A stretch of 63,815 bases of DNA, filler included, from Thraustochytrium aureum (lineage: Eukaryota), in the NCBI GenBank assembly GCA_012862495.1. It is 6 parts of 5 records of this genome, joined end to end, with 100 filler letters (N's around TTAATTAATTAA, not from the genome) between each part and the next. Parts side by side here need not be neighbours in the genome. Positions count along the whole stretch, not along the records: positions 34,278 to 59,947 come from BLSG01000238.1; 5 more parts are not named here. The stretch is one strand, 5' to 3'. The translations under genes and the position numbers were made by a program. This document shows positions 36,937 through 47,926 of this stretch, piece after piece. The notes under the pieces were generated by a model. The model had not been told where the DNA came from. It made no database searches and saw only the letters and a program-made list of their open reading frames with translations. Each line of letters begins with the position of its first letter. Position 1 is the stretch's first letter.

Positions 36937-37297
36937 CGAGTCGAGCGAGCAGGCCAGCAAGCACGCGGGCCAGCCAGCAGCCAGCACCGTGCGAGCGCCC
37001 TGCGCAGCCGCCGCGTCCGGGTCTGCCGCCTCCACATCGCTCGCCTGAAGCGAGGCCGGTCCACTCTGAACAAAGAACAAAGCGAGCCTTTGGAAGCGCC
37101 CAATCGTCGAAGGAATAACACTTGTTCGTTCACGACTCGGTTAGGGTGAGGGTTAGGTCGCGTCGTGTTGGACGAGGCGGAGTTCGAGTTGGTGGTGTTG
37201 TGTGGCGCGGTGCGGTGTCTGCGGGCAGAGTGGAACGCGGCAGGGCGCAGGCACGGGAGAGCGCGGCGTCGAGCGAGGCCGCGGGGCCGCGGGCACG

Positions 37298-37950
37298 ATG
37301 GGGGCGCTGGAGGAGATTCAGCATCACCTTGCGACGATGGGGAATGCGGACAAGTGGAGCGCGCTGCAGCTGGTCGTGCTGTTCAACTGCGCGCTCGGCG
37401 CTGGGCTGTTCATCGGCACGCTGCTGATTGACTCGAGGATTGGCAGCGGCGCATCGTTTCAGGCCGTTTTCACTGCGCTCGTGCACGGAGGGTACTCACT
37501 GTCCTTGCTGAGGATGCTCAGGGACCAAGACTTGAGGCACGCAGACTTTCTCGGGGGCATCATGGTGATGATGAATGTGCTCTTGCTTGAGACCGCGGCG
37601 CTCTGGGGGAGCTTTGCTGGTGGGCTCGATATCCAGCCCATCGGCATCTGCAGCGTGGGTGGGGCGACGGAGCGGTTTGTCACTGTAATCTCGTCTCTGC
37701 TCTTTGTCTCGCACATGGTCCTACGGGTCTTGTTGTGTTCTGGAAGGAGGACCTCCTGGTGGCGGACCAGTTCAAGTCGTACGGAAACGTGCAATCCTAC
37801 GAAGGGGAGGGTGGCTTGCACGGGGACAGTGGGTACCAGAATGTCGGCAACCTCCCTGTGCTCCCGCCAGGCGCTGGCGGTGCCTCCTTTGCTCCCCAAA
37901 CATCAGATCGATTCGTCATCGACGACGATGGCGAGGATGCAGAACTCTAA
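37298..37950 (+). CDS. Hypothetical ~4-TM membrane protein with acidic cytosolic tail; frameshift at ~37722
   Basis: Four hydrophobic segments from ATG 37298. Continuation in a shifted frame VVFWKEDLL..FVIDDDGEDAEL ends at TAA 37950. Confidence 0.65.
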
Positions 37951-38287
37951 GAGCGGGTGGCACCGAGCCGCAAGCCGCTGTTTGTCAAATTTGTTTCCTT
38001 TTTGGTTCTCCCGCTCTAGCACCGCCTCCTTTGCGTGGTTTGAGCTGCGGTCGAGGCGGCCAGAAGAACGACGGCGCGCCTTGTCGGCGCAACCACAAGC
38101 ATCTTTGCGCCCACAAGTCGTCTCGCTTTGAAGGCTTTGTAAGCAGCGCCTAGTGGCGCTTGATTCGCCCACGGGATGCAGCGCGCCGCCCAGCACTCGC
38201 TCTCTCCCGCTCTCTCCCGCTCTCCATTCACAAGAGGCATCGTGCTTGTCCCGCTCTTGCGACGCGGCGAGGCATCCGTCAACCCAC

Positions 38288-40888
38288 ATGCCGAAGAGCG
38301 CAGCGAAGGCACGCCCTCCATCGAAATCGCCTCGGGCTGATGTCATCTCGATCGCGCATCCCTGTTTACCGTTGGGAGCGAAAGAGGGCTGGCTGGCTTC
38401 TGCGCCGAGTTGGACACACGTTCCACCGAGCGAGCGGGCAGCACCCCCTCCACGCCGCAGGACTGCGGCACCCGCTGCGGGCTGCAGTGTCGCAGCACGC
38501 GCACCCGCCGCGCGCTTCGGCCCGTCGGCGGCCAGTGCGAGATTGCTGCGAAATGTCGCGGGATCGAAGCGCCCTCGACGGGGGGCTTGCACAGCTCGCG
38601 GTGCGCAGGTCGCACCTGATCAGATCCCCCCGCTGAGCCCCAACGTGGTGCTGAAAACCTCTGCTGTGACCGGGCTGCCCGATGTTGCGATCAGGCCGAA
38701 CAGAAGACCCGGCCTGCCAGGGCCACCCCTGCTGGTGACCCACGTGGCCGGGCGCAAGCTGCCTCAGCGCGAAGCTAACGAGCTGAGCGACGCTGCGAGG
38801 GCGCACTCGACGCTCCGAGACGCAGCGCAGTCGCGCCGCATCGAGCACGAACGGCGGCGGCGGCAGATAGCCACAGGCAAGTGGGCCTCGCTCCACGCGC
38901 TTCACGCGTTGCGATCGGCGCCTGCGCATCGCTTTGCCGGTCCACTGGAGGCCGCGTTCCAGCGCTCGGCGCCCTACCCGTTTGTTGCAGAGCCTGAAGT
39001 GGTGCGCGTGTTTCTGAGTAACTACGCGCTCGACCGGGCCGCAAGGCAGGCTGCCATAGAGGCGATCGGCGTCGTGTTCAGCAGCCTCGACGAGGACGAC
39101 GACAAACTCGTCGACTGGCGTGACTTTGTAGCCCACCTCCTTCTGCTTAGGCTGCCCAAGCAGCGGGCGGCCCNNNNNNNNNNNNNNNNNNNNNNNNNNN
39201 NNNNNNNNNNNNNNNNNNNNNNNNNNNNNNNNNNNNNNNNNNNNNNNNNNNNNNNNNNNNNNNNNNNNNNNNNNNNNNNNNNNNNNNNNNNNNNNNNNNN
39301 NNNNNNNNNNNNNNNNNNNNNNNNNNNNNNNNNNNNNNNNNNNNNNNNNNNNNNNNNNNNNNNNNNNNNNNNNNNNNNNNNNNNNNNNNNNNNNNNNNNN
39401 NNNNNNNNNNNNNNNNNNNNNNNNNNNNNNNNNNNNNNNNNNNNNNNNNNNNNNNNNNNNNNNNNNNNNNNNNNNNNGCGGCGGGGCCGACCTGGTGGAG
39501 CTGGGCGACCTCTGGAAGCTGCTTCGCGTCTCGGCGCTAGAGTACCAACGCCCAGCGCTTGGGGCTGCTTTCGCGTCGAGGCTGTCTTCCGTTGTTGCGA
39601 TGGGCCTAAGCACATGGCAGACCGAGACCGACGCCGAGGCGCTTGCGCAGTTCTTGGACTCGATAGCCAACGCCGCGCCGAGGCCAGGCGCGCGCAGCTG
39701 CCAAGCCTACTTGGCTGCAGCCGGAGGCACGCACGTCCGCGAGGTCTCCGGCGACGCCCCGCCGCACGAATCAATTGGCTTGACGACCGCCCCTCGAGCC
39801 GCCTCGGGGATTCCGCTCTCGCGCGAGCAGCGTGTGGCCGCGCGCATCGCGCTTTCCGAGGCAAAGTTCCACGAGCTGCTCGTCGGCGATGGACCGGAAG
39901 AGAACGAACTTCTGGCCCTCTGGTCAAAGCTGGCTTGGGACAGATTGCCAGACGGGATGCGGCTGCGCGTGATCGACGGGCGCCAGACCGACGCGGCCGG
40001 GGACTTTGAGGCGGTGAACAAGCGCCTCAAGTGGATCGAGGCGCGGGCTTGGTTTCGTCGCAATGTGCGGCCCAACGTGCTGCGCGAGAGGTTCAAGCAG
40101 TGGCTCGAGGTGGCGCTGTACCTATCCAACAAGCGGCGCGGGGAGCGCTACTTTGTCTTCAAGAGCAAGCGCGCCGCCTTTGAAATGCTGGGCCTCCACG
40201 CCGAGGGCTGCGTGTTTGGCCGCTGGCGCAAGAGCGCCGCAGACAGGTTTGCCCGCAGGATTAGGACGCTGTGGTCCTTTCGCCGATGGCGAGCCTTTCA
40301 TCTGACCGAGCGCCGAAAGACGCTCATCCAGGTCCAAAAGGCACGGCGCCTCTACGAGGCGATCCAGCTCGAGGCATGGTTGACGCGCTGGCGCGAGTGC
40401 GCTGGGCGGCAAAAGCGCGTCCGGCTCCTGAGCAAACGGCGCCAGGACCGCGAGCTGCGGCTCGTGCTCTGCAGCTGGCAGACGCAGGCCAGCAGGGACG
40501 CCGAGCGCCGCCGCGAAGACGAGGCTGATGCGTGCGAACGGCAGCGCGAGCTCGAACTCGAAATCCGCCAGGCGGAAGCAGAGATCGACGAGCGCCTCCG
40601 CCTCCAGCGCGAAGAAGAGGAACGGGAGCAGGAGCGGCTGCGGCGCATCGCCGAAGAGCAAGCCGAAAAGGAAGCGCTGTGGCAAAGGGAGCGCGAGCGC
40701 GCCGTCGAAGCCGTCGAGCGCAAGCAGATCCTGCGCCAACAGGAGAAGCAACGCAACTCGCACAAGGTCGCCAGGTCAAAGCGCGAGGACATCGAGTTCG
40801 AGGAGGCCTTTGACGAGCTCGAACGAAACGCGATTCAGGCTGCAAGGCGCGAGGCCGAGACCTTCCTTGGCACGCGCCAAGGGCGGGA
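38288..40888 (+). CDS. EF-hand plus Sfi1-like Trp repeats plus coiled-coil protein, interrupted by gap 39174-39477, 3' end in gap
   Basis: EF-hand-like VFSSLDEDDDKLVDWRDFV. Periodic Trp motifs (RFKQW, VFGRW, SFRRW, WLTRW, VLCSW) followed by an E/R-rich coiled coil. The start codon and the join across the gap are inferred. Confidence 0.6.
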
Positions 40889-42630
40889 NNNNNNNNNNNN
40901 NNNNNNNNNNNNNNNNNNNNNNNNNNNNNNNNNNNNNNNNNNNNNNNNNNNNNNNNNNNNNNNNNNNNNNNNNNNNNNNNNNNNNNNNNNNNNNNNNNNN
41001 NNNNNNNNNNNNNNNNNNNNNNNNNNNNNNNNNNNNNNNNNNNNNNNNNNNNNNNNNNNNNNNNNNNNNNNNNNNNNNNNNNNNNNNNNNNNNNNNNNNN
41101 NNNNNNNNNNNNNNNNNNNNNNNNNNNNNNNNNNNNNNNNNNNNNNNNNNNNNNNNNNNNNNNNNNNNNNNNNNNNNNNNNNNNNNNNNNNNNNNNNNNN
41201 NNNNNNNNNNNNNNNNNNNNNNNNNNNNNNNNNNNNNNNNNNNNNNNNNNNNNNNNNNNNNNNNNNNNNNNNNNNNNNNNNNNNNNNNNNNNNNNNNNNN
41301 NNNNNNNNNNNNNNNNNNNNNNNNNNNNNNNNNNNNNNNNNNNNNNNNNNNNNNNNNNNNNNNNNNNNNNNNNNNNNNNNNNNNNNNNNNNNNNNNNNNN
41401 NNNNNNNNNNNNNNNNNNNNNNNNNNNNNNNNNNNNNNNNNNNNNNNNNNNNNNNNNNNNNNNNNNNNNNNNNNNNNNNNNNNNNNNNNNNNNNNNNNNN
41501 NNNNNNNNNNNNNNNNNNNNNNNNNNNNNNNNNNNNNNNNNNNNNNNNNNNNNNNNNNNNNNNNNNNNNNNNNNNNNNNNNNNNNNNNNNNNNNNNNNNN
41601 NNNNNNNNNNNNNNNNNNNNNNNNNNNNNNNNNNNNNNNNNNNNNNNNNNNNNNNNNNNNNNNNNNNNNNNNNNNNNNNNNNNNNNNNNNNNNNNNNNNN
41701 NNNNGCGTTGGCGCTCGTGCCGGCGTCGCTTGGCCCCCTGCGCCGCCACGAGGTCCAGCAGCCGGATGCCCGTCTCGGCGACGCGAAGCGCATCCGCGGC
41801 CATCTCGCCCTCCCCCGCGTCCGCGTCCCTCGCGAGAAGACCTCGCGTCCCTCGGGGGCCCCGGAGGCCGGCCGCTCGCTCTGCTTTGGAGCTCGGCCAC
41901 GAGAGCGAGCGCCTCGTGGAAGGAGACCTGCGCCAAAACGGTCAACTCGACAAGTCCCAATCATGCAGAGCAAGTGAGTTCTCGTGCAGAGTACTCTTCA
42001 ATGGAGTACTTGCAGCGGGCCAGGCCGGTGGTGAATGGCCGGCCCTGTCGGGGCCCGGTCGGGGCCAGCTCGGCCCTGGAGAATTGCCAGCTGCTCGAAC
42101 AGCGCACGGCGCAGCTGCCCCGAAAAGATGTCGTGGACTGTTGCTGGGCTGGTCGACGCGGTCCATGCAGCCGCCAGTGGAGCAGCCCACAGCACAGTAG
42201 CGGCGGGGAGGGGTAGCTCACGTCAGCTAAAGCAGATTCCTTTGTCATTTTTTCTGCGATTCGGTTCTCGGACGATGCCCAACGCGAGGCCCGACCGGCC
42301 TGCACCCCTCACAGGAGGGTGGGTCGGGAAGTGCATTGGCGCCCGTCGACGAGTCGTCGTGGCTGCGGGCGAAGCATGGTCATTCGTCGCCTGGTCACAC
42401 TACTCGAGTACTAATAGATAGAATGAATGATGATGGGTCGGTTGAGGTGTTGGTGCTCCTCGCCGCGCGGGCGAGCAGACTTGGGGAAGTGTAAATGGTC
42501 AGTTGATGTTGCAGAAGACGAACGGGGCTGCTGCTGCTGCAGACCCTCGTTCGTCTCGGGGAAAAACAGTTCGCGCGGTGCAGGGAGCGGAGGCGCCAGG
42601 CTGGCATCGTGCAGCGAGCGGGGTTGCCGC

Positions 42631-43140
42631 TCAGGGCTCTTCGAGCTGCACGTCGTGCGGGTCGGTGTTGTTCTGCACAGTGCCGCGCTGGAACTGCACC
42701 GTGAACTTTTCACTTATCTCGTCAAAGTACAAGATGTGCGCCTCGTAGAAGGTGTCGTTCTGGTGGTACATGGCCCGGCACTTTTTGCCGACCCAGTCAG
42801 CAAACTTGGAAGCCCCCGAGGCGCGGGACACCTTCTCTTCGTCTTGTTTGGCAGCCAACTTGGCGAGGTCCTTGATGTCCGGGTCGTCCAGCCCCTCGCG
42901 CAGCTTTTTCTCGAGCACGAGGAGGTCCAGCTCGCGCCGTGCGAGCGCCTTTTCGCGCTGGATGACCGCGGCCTCGCGCTCTCGCAGTGCAGCCTCGCGG
43001 GCCGCCAGGTCGTCGAACAGGGTGCTCAGAGAGGCGCTCTCGTCGATCGGCGGCGGAGCAGACGTGTCGCCTGCCCGCCTTGCGCGCAGGCTCTTGACCC
43101 GTCTCCTGAACCATTCGCGCACCTGCGGCACCTCGTTCAG
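42631..43140 (-). CDS. C-terminal part of a coiled-coil protein ending in a Tudor-like domain (possible start ATG at 43919 across the gap)
   Basis: LAAREAALREREAAV coiled coil, then VGKKCRAMYHQNDTFYEAHI..FTVQF, which matches the Tudor pattern GxxCxAxY..D..FYxAxI..VxF. Stop TGA at 42631. Confidence 0.62.
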   Translation of the reverse strand: MNEVPQVREWFRRRVKSLRARRAGDTSAPPPIDESASLSTLFDDLAAREAALREREAAVIQREKALARRELDLLVLEKKLREGLDDPDIKDLAKLAAKQDEEKVSRASGASKFADWVGKKCRAMYHQNDTFYEAHILYFDEISEKFTVQFQRGTVQNNTDPHDVQLEEP

Positions 43141-45818
43141 NNNNNNNNNNNNNNNNNNNNNNNNNNNNNNNNNNNNNNNNNNNNNNNNNNNNNNNNNNNN
43201 NNNNNNNNNNNNNNNNNNNNNNNNNNNNNNNNNNNNNNNNNNNNNNNNNNNNNNNNNNNNNNNNNNNNNNNNNNNNNNNNNNNNNNNNNNNNNNNNNNNN
43301 NNNNNNNNNNNNNNNNNNNNNNNNNNNNNNNNNNNNNNNNNNNNNNNNNNNNNNNNNNNNNNNNNNNNNNNNNNNNNNNNNNNNNNNNNNNNNNNNNNNN
43401 NNNNNNNNNNNNNNNNNNNNNNNNNNNNNNNNNNNNNNNNNNNNNNNNNNNNNNNNNNNNNNNNNNNNNNNNNNNNNNNNNNNNNNNNNNNNNNNNNNNN
43501 NNNNNNNNNNNNNNNNNNNNNNNNNNNNNNNNNNNNNNNNNNNNNNNNNNNNNNNNNNNNNNNNNNNNNNNNNNNNNNNNNNNNNNNNNNNNNNNNNNNN
43601 NNNNNNNNNNNNNNNNNNNNNNNNNNNNNNNNNNNNNNNNNNNNNNNNNNNNNNNNNNNNNNNNNNNNNNNNNNNNNNNNNNNNNNNNNNNNNNNNNNNN
43701 NNNNNNNNNNNNNNNNNNNNNNNNNNNNNNNNNNNNNNNNNNNNNNNNNNNNNNNNNNNNNNNNNNNNNNNNNNNNNNNNNNNNNNNNNNNNNNNNNNNN
43801 NNNNNNNNNNCGCGTCGTGCAGTTTCTAGCGCGGACTTGGCGCGCGTCGCCAGCCCTGGCTTGCTGGGCGCTCGCGTCAAGCGCCTTGCTTCGTGCCCTT
43901 CCTGCGGCACCTCCGACATCCTGGGCGCGACGAGCGACCACTGCTGGGCCTCTGCGGCAGGCCGCAAGCAAGCGCCGCACACCCGCACTTTGCCGGCTGC
44001 TGGGCCTTTCGCCGCCAGCCGCGCGCTCCAGGTCAGCCGTCGGCCTGGGCAGCCGTCTGTGCCTTCTCCCCGACCTTGCGCCCGTCCGGTGCTGGCCCCG
44101 TGTTCGCCTTTGCCTTCGCTTGCTCGCAACTCGTCCGTGCGCACCGTGGTGACCGTGACGGCGCCTGGGCCTTCTTCCAAACCGTGCGCTCGACTTGCTC
44201 CCTGGCTGGCTGCCTGCCTGCTGGCTGCCTGCCTGGACGGCCGGCGAACTGCTGGACGGCTCGCGGGTGGACGGACGGCTTCGAGCCTGGCTGCCTGGCT
44301 GCCTGGCGGGCCGGCTGTCAGCTTGCGCGCTGCGTGGCTGGCGTCCGGGCCAGGTAAGCAGATGGATGCCTGTGAGTGATGATGGGAATGGGGAGTATGT
44401 ACGCGGCGCCAATGATGGGCGTCTGCTGCTCTTGCCAGCCGCGATGGAATGAACCAACTCGAACTTGAACGAGAAGAAGACAAAGCAAAAAAGCGACCAG
44501 CTTTTGGTTGAACGCGCAGTGGGCGAAGCACGCGTTCCTGGCGCTTACTCGCATATTTCCTCGCCCTCTGCCACACGACACGCGACTCTGTACACACCTC
44601 GTCCTGCCGTTCAAGACCCGCGGGCAAAACGAGCGCCGCAGCACCGTGGCACGTGGATCTTGACTGCGCGGCGGGCACCCGCGGCGTGTGGAGAGCGACG
44701 CAGGTGGAGAGCGATGCAGGTGGAGCGGCAGGGCGAGCCTGAGATGAGATTCACGGTAGAGCGGCTCGGACTCGGAGGGCGTTGCTGGCGCTCAAGAGCC
44801 GCGGTCGCCAACCAACACAGCGAAGCCGAAGATCCCGCTTCCGTTACAGTGCTTCTTTCGTTCCTTCCCTCTCTCGTCCTCTTTTCTTCTACTACAAAAT
44901 TACTACTCGGAGGTGAGAGGGGTACCGTCACCCGTGACAGGCCTGTTGCAGAAAGAAAAAAAAGCGAAAAGAAACAGAAAGGTGTCGAGCTCGGTCCTTG
45001 AGAGGCTTTCGGGAGCCGTGAACAGCGGGATCCCAGTGGGCCACGAGCCCNNNNNNNNNNNNNNNNNNNNNNNNNNNNNNNNNNNNNNNNNNNNNNNNNN
45101 NNNNNNNNNNNNNNNNNNNNNNNNNNNNNNNNNNNNNNNNNNNNNNNNNNNNNNNNNNNNNNNNNNNNNNNNNNNNNNNNNNNNNNNNNNNNNNNNNNNN
45201 NNNNNNNNNNNNNNNNNNNNNNNNNNNNNNNNNNNNNNNNNNNNNNNNNNNNNNNNNNNNNNNNNNNNNNNNNNNNNNNNNNNNNNNNNNNNNNNNNNNN
45301 NNNNNNNNNNNNNNNNNNNNNNNNNNNNNNNNNNNNNNNNNNNNNNNNNNNNNNNNNNNNNNNNNNNNNNNNNNNNNNNNNNNNNNNNNNNNNNNNNNNN
45401 NNNNNNNNNNNNNNNNNNNNNNNNNNNNNNNNNNNNNNNNNNNNNNNNNNNNNNNNNNNNNNNNNNNNNNNNNNNNNNNNNNNNNNNNNNNNNNNNNNNN
45501 NNNNNNNNNNNNNNNNNNNNNNNNNNNNNNNNNNNNNNNNNNNNNNNNNNNNNNNNNNNNNNNNNNNNNNNNNNNNNNNNNNNNNNNNNNNNNNNNNNNN
45601 NNNNNNNNNNNNNNNNNNNNNNNNNNNNNNNNNNNNNNNNNNNNNNNNNNNNNNNNNNNNNNNNNNNNNNNNNNNNNNNNNNNNNNNNNNNNNNNNNNNN
45701 NNNNNNNNNNNNNNNNNNNNNNNNNNNNNNNNNNNNNNNNNNNNNNNNNNNNNNNNNNNNNNNNNNNNNNNNNNNNNNNNNNNNNNNNNNTCGCCCTCTT
45801 CACCGCGGAAAGCAAACG

Positions 45819-46907
45819 ATGCTCAGGAAGACCAGCGTCGCAAACAGCGTGAGCGAGGCCTCGAGCAGCTCCACGGATCTCAGCAACGAGAGCGGCAATG
45901 GCGTGCGCCCAAAAGGAATCGTGTGGCGGCTCGTGGAGGGCGACGTCCGCGTGATGCTGCCCCCACTGGACAAGTTCACGCGCGCCTGCAAAGACATCGT
46001 GGAGGAGATCAGCAGCGAGCAACTTGAAGTCATCCACAAGAAGATGCGGAGGATCTTCCCGCTTTCGAGCATCGTCGGCCACGCAGTGGCGCGCCCCTAC
46101 GGCTACGCGTGCGACTTTGAGCTGGTCCACTGGATCAACACCGAGTACGTGTGCAGCCAAGAGTGGTTTGGCAAGTTGGACGCCATGCTGCAGCGCACAC
46201 GAGTTGCCAATTCGATGCGCAGGCGCAAGGACTACTTTGTGGCCCTCGTCTGCGAGCTCGCCGCGGCAAACAGGGGCAACTTGGACGTCCTGGTTGCTGC
46301 CGCCGGCCCGGCGCGCGAGGTGCTGGAGGCTGCCGGGGTGGCTGCCCGCCGCAGCTTGACGATCAGGTTCGTTTGCGTCGACTTGGACAAGAACGCCATC
46401 GCGTTCGCCAAAGCGGCCACCAGGACCGTCGGCGACCAGGTCGAGTTTGTGCAAGCGGACGTCTCTCAAGTCGAGAAGCTCATGCGCGGGCGCCGGTTTG
46501 ACCTCGTTTGGTGCGGCACGAGATTCGACTTCCTCCCAGACGTCAAGTTTGTCTCCGGCTTGCGCCGCCTTCTCCGCCTCGCCAAGAAACTCACCGGGTT
46601 GGTCGTCTTGGGGACCGTGGCCCCGTCGGACGAAATCGCGGCGCTGCGCTTGTTTTTGGGCTGGGAAGTGACCCCGCGGACCCCAAAGGACCTCGTCCGC
46701 CTCTTCAACAGCGCTGGCGAGTCCACGTGCCAAGCTGAGGTGCGCAGCGAGGTTGAGGGGCTCAACCAGTTCCTGCACATTCGCCGAGGCGTGCTCCCTG
46801 GCTCGCAGTCCAAACGGCTCGCGTCTGCGTCGCGAACGAGCTCCGCCGTCGTCAAGCCCAAGCCGCTGACCGGACCGCACTCTTGGCCAAAGCCCAACGC
46901 CGGAGCA
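45819..46907 (+). CDS. Class I SAM-dependent methyltransferase of bacterial type (PhcB-like family); flanked by gaps
   Basis: RPYGYACDFELV, MRRRKDYF, motif I LDVLVAAAGPAREV, motif II FVCVDLDKNAIAFA, VEFVQAD, FDLVWCGTRFDFLPD, GLVVLG, WEVTPRT and EVEGLNQFLHI. Confidence 0.8.
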
Positions 46908-47926
46908 NNNNNNNNNNNNNNNNNNNNNNNNNNNNNNNNNNNNNNNNNNNNNNNNNNNNNNNNNNNNNNNNNNNNNNNNNNNNNNNNNNNNNNNNNNNNN
47001 NNNNNNNNNNNNNNNNNNNNNNNNNNNNNNNNNNNNNNNNNNNNNNNNNNNNNNNNNNNNNNNNNNNNNNNNNNNNNNNNNNNNNNNNNNNNNNNNNNNN
47101 NNNNNNNNNNNNNNNNNNNNNNNNNNNNNNNNNNNNNNNNNNNNNNNNNNNNNNNNNNNNNNNNNNNNNNNNNNNNNNNNNNNNNNNNNNNNNNNNNNNN
47201 NNNNNNNNNNNNNNNNNNNNNNNNNNNNNNNNNNNNNNNNNNNNNNNNNNNNNNNNNNNNNNNNNNNNNNNNNNNNNNNNNNNNNNNNNNNNNNNNNNNN
47301 NNNNNNNNNNNNNNNNNNNNNNNNNNNNNNNNNNNNNNNNNNNNNNNNNNNNNNNNNNNNNNNNNNNNNNNNNNNNNNNNNNNNNNNNNNNNNNNNNNNN
47401 NNNNNNNNNNNNNNNNNNNNNNNNNNNNNNNNNNNNNNNNNNNNNNNNNNNNNNNNNNNNNNNNNNNNNNNNNNNNNNNNNNNNNNNNNNNNNNNNNNNN
47501 NNNNNNNNNNNNNNNNNNNNNNNNNNNNNNNNNNNNNNNNNNNNNNNNNNNNNNNNNNNNNNNNNNNNNNNNNNNNNNNNNNNNNNNNNNNNNNNNNNNN
47601 NNNNNNNNNNNNNNNNNNNNNNNNNNNNNNNNNNNNNNNNNNNNNNNNNNNNNNNNNNNNNNNNNNNNNNNNNNNNNNNNNNNNNNNNNNNNNNNNNNNN
47701 NNNNNNNNNNNNNNNNNNNNNNNNNNNNNNNNNNNNNNNNNNNNNNNNNNNNNNNNNNNNNNNNNNNNNNNNNNNNNNNNNNNNNNNNNNNNNNNNNNNN
47801 NNNNNNNNNNNNNNNNNNNNNNNNNNNNNNNNNNNNNNNNNNNNNNNNNNNNNNNNNNNNNNNNNNNNNNNNNNNNNNAGTGAGGCCAAGCGCCGCCGCG
47901 GCCAGCGTGGTCGCGCGTACGAAGGA

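Noticed and set aside
41705..42420. Possible C-terminus of the Sfi1-like gene or a separate small gene
   Set aside because: No frame gives a recognisable protein, and the frame across the 816-N gap cannot be assigned.
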